The notes under the pieces were generated by a model. It was not told where the DNA came from. It worked only from the letters and a program-made list of their open reading frames with translations, and did no database searches. From assembly GCA_009103225.1 (NCBI GenBank), contig RHPI01002262.1, positions 705,382 to 769,381 of the forward strand: a DNA stretch of 64,000 nucleotides, written 5' to 3'. The stretch is from Chlorokybus atmophyticus (Eukaryota > Plantae > Mesostigma and Chlorokybus algae). This document shows positions 12,168 through 21,461 of the stretch, piece by piece. The first letter of the stretch is position 1, and the number at the start of each line of letters is the position of its first letter. A program made the position numbers and the translations under genes.

Positions 12168-13398
12168 GTCCGCCCGCCCGCCCGCCCGCATACGCCCCGC
12201 CCGCATAGCAGCCAACCTTTGCCGGCTCTGGCGGGGCGGGGCGGGAAACTACAAGGTGTAGCTTATTACAAAAGGCTTGGTTACTAGTAACCTACAATTT
12301 GTATGTCGGACTGGCTGAGCATTGGCACCTAATTGTCTCTCTCAACCAACACGTTACCATGCCGTGGCGGCAGTGCCACGGTGGCACCATTCTCGGTAAG
12401 GCTCTTGCTCTTATCTCAAGCACATTATGTGCTGGCTTGTTGCCTTGAAGCGAACAATCCTTGATGGGCAATGTTTGACAGCCTGCAGCTCTTAAGTTCA
12501 GCTTGAAGGCGGTGCATTCCCAGACTCTACAACATGCAACGCCTGCTGGCTAACCAAGACATGCTAAGTAGACTTGGCATTTATATATGCCTTGCAGCTT
12601 CAGGTAGGCAGTCCCTCATTCTCACTCATTTGAATGGCAACACGGTTGAATGGCTAACGCTAGGTAGTGGCATGGATGTTACGCCTGTTTGCCTACCAAC
12701 CCTTGCAACCTACCCAGCGACTGGTAAAGTGTGCGTGTAATTTGTGTACCAAACTTACAACTAACGCAATGCCATGTGCACAGCTGCAAGAGGGATCCCG
12801 TCGTCGCAAGTAGCACCATGCAAACCAAAGCGCCACTATTGCTAGCCAGCAACCATGGTCTACTTTCTACTTGTGTGCTTAACTAGTTTTCGCTGGTCAA
12901 GTCTGCAGATTTGAGTTTATTGTTGTAGCCAGTCTGCTGCTCAAATTCCGGGCTGCTGGTCTTTGTTACTCTGTTGGCTTGCTGGTCAGCGAGATCCTGG
13001 CTGCTTTAAACCAGCCAGGTCAAGACCATTAGATCTGGTGGTCTGGTCCGCTGCTTTGCCAGTATAATGTTGTTAAGCTCTGATCTATTTGCAACTCTAC
13101 AAAGCGAGCTGGACCCAAAGTCTGGCTAGAGTAATTGTTGAGTCTGCAGTCTAGTGCTGTTCTGTATGGGTCTGCCGATTGCGACTTTATAGAGTAGAGT
13201 AGAAGTTTGAGTGGTTGTTGTTGTTATGCTTGTTGTTGAGCTGCCCGCTTTTTTAATAGACTTGTAACTAGTAAAATGTGCTTGTTCATTATGCTGGTAT
13301 CTCACTGTTCACAATGGAATCATTCACAATCAATAACACGAGCATGTTTAGTTATTGCCAATGCTGGCTCATGTCAACATCATATTTCATTAGCGCCA

Positions 13399-13687
13399 GT
13401 GCCAGCACTGGCACACGACCTGCTGTGCCAATGCTGGCACGGGTCTATGCATTTTTTTTTCTTGTTGTTTATTAGGGGACCACTGCTGGCGCAATTCAGC
13501 TGTGCCAGCATTGAGCGTAAATGCTGCTTGCCAGTTCTGGCACGCAACCGCTTGTGCCAGCGACTAATATGAATTAGCGACGGATGCTGGCACAAGCGGT
13601 TTTGTGCCAGTTTTAGATGGTTTTGGGTTTAGACCCGAAAAGCTTTGTGCCAGTACTGGCACAAACGGTTTGTGCCAGTACTGGCAC
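13399..13687. repeat. Cluster of GTGCCAG/CTGGCAC palindromic repeats
   Basis: Perfect GTGCCAGTACTGGCAC at 13647-13662 (extends to a 22-bp palindrome, 13644-13665) and 13672-13687. Imperfect copies at 13399-13414 and 13425-13440, plus several half-sites in between. Confidence 0.9.
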
Positions 13688-14216
13688 GGGCTGCAGGCGC
13701 CATGTGAGTTAACATATATACATGAGCAGCACAAAATGCAACGTGATTGGCATACCATGGCATGCAAGGCTCGTGTGTGATAGAATGATGTTTTGAGGTG
13801 TTAGGGACACTGGCTTGCCAAGGACACTAGCTTACAAGTCGCAACATTCAAGGCTCGTGTGTAATAGAATGATGTTTTAAGGTGTCAAACTAGCGGTGCG
13901 GGTGATTGGGCGGGATTGGGCCGGCCGGGAGGACGGCATTAGGGCACAAAGACACATCACGCGCACTGAGGGCCATCACACACAGCACCCGAGACTACAT
14001 GCCTGCCGCGCGCATACCGAGCAGCCCGTCTGCCTCTCATTGGCTATGCGACGTGTATCAGCTATCGGCCATTCGATTTCCGTTAAACAAATCTCAACCT
14101 TCCAAAGCACATCCCCATATCGTGCAATTGCATAAAGTATATGCGAATGAATAAAAGAATCCATTCATTTTTAGCACAACATGCACGGTGCACATATGCG
14201 TCATGTGTGCGTTGTA

Positions 14217-14681
14217 CAGTCCACCCCCGCTAAAAGGCTTTGCTCCACAAGAATAACCCCGCTTGTAGCATACGTTTTTAGATCACCAACGATGCTAAAG
14301 GCAAATTTAGTGCCTAAGAGAATATGACTAACCGCGAAGAGCATACGATTTTTCATGACATTTTTGCAAATGTAAGTGTGCATATTCTTATCATTGAGGG
14401 GATATCGCGTGACGGGTTTGTCATCAGGCGTAATGAGTGTGGTGGACAAGGCGTGATGGGTATAGTGCAACGCGTAACCAGCGTAATGAGCGTGATGGCA
14501 TAATACACGTGACGTAATGCGCGTGATGTAATGGGCGTGATGGGCGTATTAAACTGCTTGATAGCATACGGTTGCTCTTAATGTTTAAGAGCATATTTTG
14601 CTATTTATCGCCAAGAGCATAACCCGGCTAGGAGCAAACTATCTTTGAAAACACACAGTGTGCTCTTTAGGGGGTAGACTG
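14217..14681. mobile_element. Tc1/mariner-type MITE (465 bp)
   Basis: TIRs CAGTCCACCCCC / GGGGGTAGACTG, TA on both sides, no coding capacity. Homologous in inverted orientation to 39272-39736. Confidence 0.88.
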
Positions 14682-14731
14682 TACAGTAAATGTTTTAATG
14701 TAATTTGGTACAATTATGTACCTTAACTGTA

Positions 14732-15199
14732 CAGTCTACCCCCGCTATAAAAATCACGTGTATCCTTCAGCTTTCACTCCATCAACGGGGTTATTCTATT
14801 GGCGTTTACAATAATATATATACTTTTTTACTCTTTACAACATACATATTTTACTAACAGGGGCATTGCGAAATAACCGTAAGCTACGTTATTATATTTT
14901 AACGTGGCATAACTTAAATTAATAATAGTCAACAATAAATCGATTATTAACGGAATTATATATGAGTCTTGTAATATGTTTATGCTTATAATATTAAAAT
15001 AAACATGCCATTCACGAGGTATTCTTGCGTAACAAGACTGAGCTCACTCAAAATTTTAACCCTCCGTTGTCATCTTATTGCGTACAAAACTATTCCACTA
15101 ACCAATGAAGTTTGCCTGTAAAACCATTGGTCTTTTGTAATTCTATGATCTCAACGGGGTTATTCTCATAAACCAAAATCGTTAAACGGGGGTAGACTC
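14732..15199. mobile_element. Second MITE (468 bp) with the same TIR but a different, AT-richer interior
   Basis: CAGTCTACCCCCG ... CGGGGGTAGACTC, TA on both sides; two subterminal AACGGGGTTATTCT motifs. Confidence 0.82.
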
Positions 15200-15201
15200 T
15201 A

Positions 15202-15352
15202 TAGTGTACCCTTTTGTAAGAGCATACTGTTATCCTCAAAAATCGTATGCTCTTGGCAGGGTTATGCTCTTGGCGATTAAGAGCATAATATGCTCTTGAA
15301 CGTTAAGAGCATATATATGCTGTAAGCGCAGATTTATTACGCCCATCACGCC
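15202..15352. mobile_element. Truncated third MITE (one end only)
   Basis: TAGTGTACCC...AAGAGCATACTG...TATGCTCTT...CGCCCATCACGCC matches the left end of the MITE at 39272; the other end is missing. Confidence 0.7.
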
Positions 15353-15469
15353 TATTGGTCGGGTTGGCCGGCCTGTTGGCATTCAACCTACATCACACAT
15401 CCCGCGCTAGGGCCATCACACGGCACCCGCGACTGCCGGGCTGCGCGGTGCGGCCCGCCTGCCCACGAT

Positions 15470-16600
15470 TGTGCGGAAACAACATGGGAAACAGAGCAGA
15501 CTCAACAGTTAAACCAGGAATATTGTACACACCACCTGTATCCATGTGTATCAAAAGAGGAACACAAGGCTCACGCAGCGACATATGTCCAACGCGCAAC
15601 ATGGTGTCCACTGTGACTTCAACTGTGCTGCGCGAAGGAAATGGCAACAAAGTGGTTAAAACGTATGTGTATGCTGATTCACAAGCAATGTTCAAAGGAT
15701 TACGATCCTGTGCACGAGACACAATGCTACGAATAGTAGATGAACCGACAGTGGGGATGCCGTCAGAACCAAATGGTTGTTCTGCCAAGGTCTGATATTT
15801 CTGAACCAGAGTGTTGGACAATAATAGCTCGCTCAACAACTCCAGCAACAAGATGGCATGTTGGTTCTGATGTGTAAACTCATCCCAAGTGATAAACGGA
15901 CCGTTAATCATATTCAACTGCTGAATTTGGCCCGAAGTGAAACTGTATGAGTTATATAAGTCGCAAAGCGCCATGGACGTGTTAACAAGGGACAACATCT
16001 GCACTACCATTGGATGTATCTCCAACAACTTGCGAATGTACACTGCGCTGTGTAATACAATGTAACTAGAACGCTCCGACCCGTGACTACATCGATGGCA
16101 TTGGTAGTAATCACTATCACACTTGGTATAATCGGACATAAAAACATTAGCCAAATCATATGGTGCAACGGTGGATACTGATCGTCGATACATTGGACGA
16201 TAAGTAGCAGCAGCAGNAGACGATAAGTAGCAGCAGCAGAGTAAAACTGTACATGCCCGCACAAAGAACAACATTGCATTCGCGTGACAAACTTACGTTG
16301 TGCATCTTGCCAACAGGAAAGCAAATCATCGCAGTCGTCCCACAATTCGCAATGCTGAGACAAATCGCAATGTTGCTCATAAGTCATAGCGGATGACGAA
16401 ACAACACACCAGGAACATATCAACCGCCCTGGCATTTGTCGCCATCCAAAAGAACCATCTCGGCACAGTCCAGCAATGAGGGCGTGCAAAGGTGCAAAAC
16501 CACATGCACAATATCTCCGATGTGTAGTAAAATTCTGCGATATGATTACATATGCGGCGATATGGTGCAACATGGTGCCATATGATTACATATGCGGCGA
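15470..16600 (-). pseudogene. N-terminal fragment of Helitron Rep-helicase inside copy A
   Basis: ORFs 15393-16274 and 16004-16573 encode DGIPTVGSSTIRS...TVESALFPMLFPHNRG, nearly identical to ORF 35862-37295. Homology stops before the HUH motifs. Confidence 0.85.
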
Positions 16601-17199
16601 TATGGCGCAACATGGTGCCATGTGATTAGCAAACGCTGTTAAGTGTTTCAAAACTTTATAATCAACGTAACGTTCACGCCACGGTACGTGCTGCGATTTT
16701 TAGTAAATAATGCCGAGGTTACGACCAGCAAAATAATGCTAACCTGAATTACCTTAACGTTAAGATTCAAGTAAACGAAAAATCGCATCGTTAGGCCACC
16801 ATTTGGTCACGCATGAGATTGATCAAATGGGATCGCAACGGTGACAACAGCCAGTTGCTCAACAAGGCAGCAAAATGGCCAATCATTGCAAAGATGCGTA
16901 AAAGATGCTGAAAAATATCTCAGCGGCAACCACTTACCAACGGCGACCCAAAATTGCTAGGGATTTGGTGCAATTGCGGCACAGTTACTGGTTAAAACGG
17001 CCGCGTTTTTGGCGGTACGAGGTCGGGGCATGCCCCATACCCCAAAGACATGCCGCCACTACTCACCCTCGTTCTAACTAATCCACTCTACCCTTTAACG
17101 CTAATTGATTACACGCTATAGTTACTGCGTCATCAAACATGGTCAACAGCCGAAACATTGGCCTGGCAGGGACACTGGCCTAGAAGTCACAACAATGAA

Positions 17200-17660
17200 G
17201 CTCAGCTAGTAGTATCAATTGCGCATGATGCACACAACAACGACATGCAATGTATTGTTCAAGATAATAGTAAAATGATTAAACTGGTATACTCCGATTA
17301 TCATAAAGTAACATAATATAAATAAAAACAATATCATAATGATAGTAAAATAATTAATGAACAATGCAATAATAAAGAATTATAAAGCATAACAGTGCAA
17401 AATAACACAATCTTGTTATAAAGAGTATTGGTAATAGTTAACAACAATAGCATAAACATAAAAATAAATTCATTTACTCATAAACTTAAAATTATTATAT
17501 TAAAAAATATATAAATAAGCCTTGTACATTTTACATACATATAACATGAATAATATATTTATTACGCTCAAATTAATAAAAGCAACAAAAAATAAACATT
17601 GATAGTTCAAAAATCATCATAATAAGAGTAACAATAATATAGTTAACATTAATTAATCTC
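17200..17660. other. Very AT-rich, A-skewed block, probably a decayed repeat relic
   Basis: Visibly dominated by A/T runs (aataaaaacaatatcataat...) against a roughly 50% GC background; no ORF in the track. Confidence 0.5.
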
Positions 17661-18647
17661 AACCCTAGTACAGGGGCCTTTCACTCGGACTTTCTTTTTA
17701 GTGCGTTTTGCTCAGCAGAAATTCTCCTCGTGGACAGCCTTGCAAAGCATCATGCACCATAGTGCATGCATGTACATGTACGCTTAAACCACATTATTGT
17801 TCGTACGTGGCATTGTTCATGACTTGGCATTGTTCGTACTTGCTTGGCATTGTTCATACTGGACAGTGCGACGCGCCCAATCAAAGCTAGCGCTAGGGTT
17901 TTGGCGCCAAAACACACTGCTTGCTGGTGTATGCTGCTGCCGTTGGCGTCGGCGGCGGCGGCGATCTCTCTCACTGTGTTGTGGCTGTTGGGGCTCATCT
18001 TGTGATGCTTAGTGTAAGTCTGCTGCTAGGTTTTCTTGATTACAGTGATACAGAGCAACTTTAGAAATTGTGAATAAAAAGGCATTGTTACCGACTTGTT
18101 TGGCGCCCCGGTGAGTGAAGGAGAGAGTTGGCATGAGCCGGTCAGTGTGTTGTGCTCAAAATTGGCACAAGCATACTTGATTGGTCAGAGAAACCAACTT
18201 TGCACATTAGGCAATGGTTGAGGTTTTTCATGCTAGTCCGCTGTTCCCAGACGTTTTGGCTTTTGGTTTAACGACAAGGGCTGATTGCGTGCGGATATGT
18301 GTTCAGTGTACACATTGCATCCCTGAAGAGGTCCTGTTGGCTGCATGCTCTACATACTACTCCTGTGCGTGCGCGCTTGCGCGAATTAGTTACAGCTGAA
18401 TGCACAAGCTGCATACCCATGCGCGCGCATGCATGCCTGCGTGCTTGTGCGGTGTTTTGGTTTTCTCTGTGTGAACCGTACATGTGAAAGGCTCCTGCAG
18501 CTCTTACAGCGTAATACAGGTTCGTACAGGCATGAAGACAACACAGTGTCCACTGCTGCCTCACAACTCTACCCTATGCGCATGTGCAGGATGTCTTTTT
18601 CAAGGCAATCACCACAACGACACCTCTCCTAAAGGCACAACATCACA

Positions 18648-20579
18648 ATGCCTCGGGAGATCATCACGCTGCAAGTGGGGCAGTGCGGCAATCAAATCGG
18701 CACAGAGTTCTGGAAGCAACTGTGTCTTGAGCACGGCATATCCAAAGAGGGTATCCTAGAGGATTTTGCCACTGCGGGCGGGGGCGGCGACAGGAAGGAC
18801 GTGTTTTTTTACCAGGCAGACGATGAGCATTACATCCCAAGAGCCCTGCTGCTGGACCTGGAGCCGAGGGTTATAAGCTCCATACAAAATGGCGAGTATC
18901 GCAACCTCTACAACCACGAGAACATATTCGTTGCCGAGCATGGCGGCGGGGCGGGCAACAACTGGGCTTCGGGCTACCATCAGGGTGAGACTGTGCAGGA
19001 GGACATCATGGACATGATTGACCGCGAGGCTGATGGCAGCGATTCCCTTGAGGGTTTTGTGCTGTGCCACTCCATTGCGGGCGGCACCGGCTCGGGAATG
19101 GGCTCGTACATTCTGGAGTCCTTGAATGATCGCTACGCGAAGAAGCTCGTGCAGACTTACTCGGTGTTCCCCAACCAAAACGAGACCTCTGATGTGGTTG
19201 TTCAGCCTTACAACTCGCTCCTGACTTTGAAGAGGCTCGCGCTCAACTGCGACGCGACCGTTGTGCTTGACAACACCGCTCTGAACCGGATTGCTGTCGA
19301 CAGGCTGCACATTCAGAACCCAACATTTGCGCAGACCAACTCGCTTGTGTCCACGGTCATGGCTGCCTCCACCACCACCCTGCGCTATCCTGGCTACATG
19401 AACAACGATCTCGTGGGACTCGTGGCCTCTCTCATCCCCACACCCCGCTGCCATTTCCTCATGACCGGCTACACGCCGCTGACTGTTGAGCGACAGGTCG
19501 GCACATGAGTTGTTGTTGGGTATCACTTGAGTTCTTGCAAGCATGTGGCATTGTACTCAAACCACTCTTTCACAATCATGCAGGGGGCGTCTGTGAGGAA
19601 AACAACGGTGCTGGATGTGATGAGGCGGTTGCTGCAGAGCAAGAACACAATGGTTTCTACGCAGGCAAAGAGCAAAGAGGCTAGCAAGGCGCGCTACATC
19701 TCCATCCTTAACATCATTCAAGGAGAAGTCGACCCCACTCAGGTTTGGGTCGTGGACGGTTGCCGGCTCACACGGTTGGGTCTTGGTCTACTATGTTATC
19801 TGCTCACCGTCTGTGGACACAAGGAGGTGTATCACGTTACTCTCGCCTCACAACAGTATCTGTGCGCAGGTGCACAAGAGCTTGCAGCGCATACGCGAGC
19901 GCAAGTTGGCGAGTTTCATTGACTGGGGACCAGCAAGCATCCAGGTGGCGCTTTCGCGCAAGTCCCCGTATGTGCAGTCCTCGCACAGGGTAATCTTCAC
20001 ATGCAGGTTCTGCTAGTTTTAAGTAGGTTTAAGTTCTGTGGTCGCTTGAAATACAGCTGCTGACAGGTGAGCGGCTTGATGCTTGCAAACCATACCAGCA
20101 TACGACACCTCTTCACACGGTGTCTTGCGCAATACGACAAGCTGCGACGGAAAAAGGCCTTCCTTGACAACTACCAGAAACACCCCATCTTTGAAGTAGG
20201 CTGTGATTGTCCGTGTGCTTGTGCGTGTGTACATCACCAAGATCACGTTGTACCCTGCTCTAGACTAACCGTTTTGAATGTGATGCGTATTCTGATTTCA
20301 TTTCACTCTGCAGCATGACTTGAACGAGTTTGACGAGTCGAGAGAGATACTAGAGAGTCTGGCAGAGGAGTACAAGGCGTGCGAGTCTCCTGATTACATC
20401 AAGTGGGGCATGGAAGTAAGTGCTTTGACATGTATCTGTACTTTACAATGCCTCGCTGCTTGACTATCAGGCCAGGCAAGCGGCTGTTCACTGACTAACC
20501 ACCATCACAGGACCGAAGCCGGCAGGCCAGCGACTCCGGCAACGCAGCTGGTTCTGTCAATGACCCCCGCATGCCATGA
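18648..20579 (+). CDS. TUBG1: Gamma-tubulin (6 coding exons)
   Basis: [75 protein letters not shown]. Later exons [10 protein letters not shown]|[31 protein letters not shown]...DYIKWG; stop at 20577-20579. Confidence 0.98.
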
Positions 20580-21065
20580 CCGATGTATAAACAACCTTAT
20601 AGTCTACCTCATTATAGCAGCCTGTTGCTGCATTGTCGAAACTGCTCAACGGTTCAGCTGTGCGGCCAGTGTGGGCAGTAGTGGCTGAGCGTGCCCACAC
20701 ACTCGCGCTGCCACTGCTGCAAGTCTTCAACTTGCTGCTCATATGCATGTGTCTGTCTATGTGAGAAAGTAGCGGTTGCAGTGCAGCGCCTGCAACATGG
20801 CGCTTGTGTACAAAGATTGCAATGCGGTGATGTGCCAAGGCTTGGTGTCTGCACACATACCACAGCAAGCTTACGAGGATTACCTATCACCGCGTGTGGA
20901 CAGACGCAATGCCAGCTCGTACTCGAGGTATGGACGCCACACAGGCTAGTCCTGTACCTGCGCATGTGTCAGAACAATACAGCATGTCCATGTGAATTGT
21001 TGTCCGCCATTCGTGTGCCCAGCAAGTGGTCCACCAATCATAGGTGGCGTTGCACCCATGCAATG

Positions 21066-21183
21066 TATGTTCAGCATTCATTGAAACTTGTCTGGCACTG
21101 GCACTTGACTGCATGTCAGTTGTCTGGCACTGGCATGCAGTCAAGTGCCAGTGCCAGACAAGTTTCAATGCATGCTGAGCATA
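21066..21183. repeat. Long inverted repeat (37-bp perfect stem, about 50 bp with 2 mismatches, 18-nt loop)
   Basis: CATTGAAACTTGTCTGGCACTGGCACTTGACTGCATG (21079-21115) is the exact reverse complement of 21134-21170. Confidence 0.95.
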
Positions 21184-21297
21184 CCCCTTATATCCATTCC
21201 CGCATTGCATACTTTGTACACCTCTACCACACGTGGGCAACCACCGGGCATAGCTACTTGCTCAGCACATATACTTCCCTACCGACACTATGATAAC

Positions 21298-21461
21298 TAC
21301 CCCACCCTGTGGGCAAGTACGTGCATATATACCACAATTTATACCCTCTATACCCACCCTATGGGCAAGCACGTGCATACATACCACAATCTATACCTTT
21401 TATACCTTCTATACAGAGGCCCTGTTGCATCTATGCTTTGCACAGAAACAGGGCCTCTGTA
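21298..21461. repeat. About 53-bp tandem duplication followed by a 15-bp-stem hairpin
   Basis: CCCACCCT(G/A)TGGGCAAG(T/C)ACGTGCATA... occurs twice (about 21298 and 21351). TACAGAGGCCCTGTT (21412-21426) pairs with AACAGGGCCTCTGTA (21447-21461). Confidence 0.85.

Larger units (their letters stand above)
13890..17153 (-). mobile_element. Helitron copy A, non-autonomous/internally deleted (3264 bp), 5'-TCGGCTG...CTAG-3', no TSD
   Basis: Minus strand starts TCGGCTGTTGACCATGTTT (17153) and ends CCGCTAG (13890), with an imperfect GC hairpin (plus strand GCCGGCC-GGGA-GGACGGC) about 30 nt inside. About 15470-17153 is highly similar to 36880-38512, and 13890-14215 is similar to 38934-39240. The flanks rejoin into an intact host repeat unit. 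Confidence 0.85.
13765..17196. repeat. 84-bp host tandem repeat whose second unit is split by Helitron copy A
   Basis: Unit 1 is 13765-13848. Unit 2 is 13849-13889 plus 17154-17196, and the joined halves align to unit 1 without gaps. Confidence 0.85.

Noticed and set aside
13399-13687. CRISPR-like array
   Set aside because: Spacing is irregular, spacers are very short, there are no cas genes and the context is eukaryotic.
18756-19544. 262-aa ORF antisense to gamma-tubulin, and similar shadow ORFs opposite SLX1, the nucleotidase, SNX2 and the FHA exon
   Set aside because: Expected by-product of GC-rich codon usage on the coding strand; no recognisable motifs.
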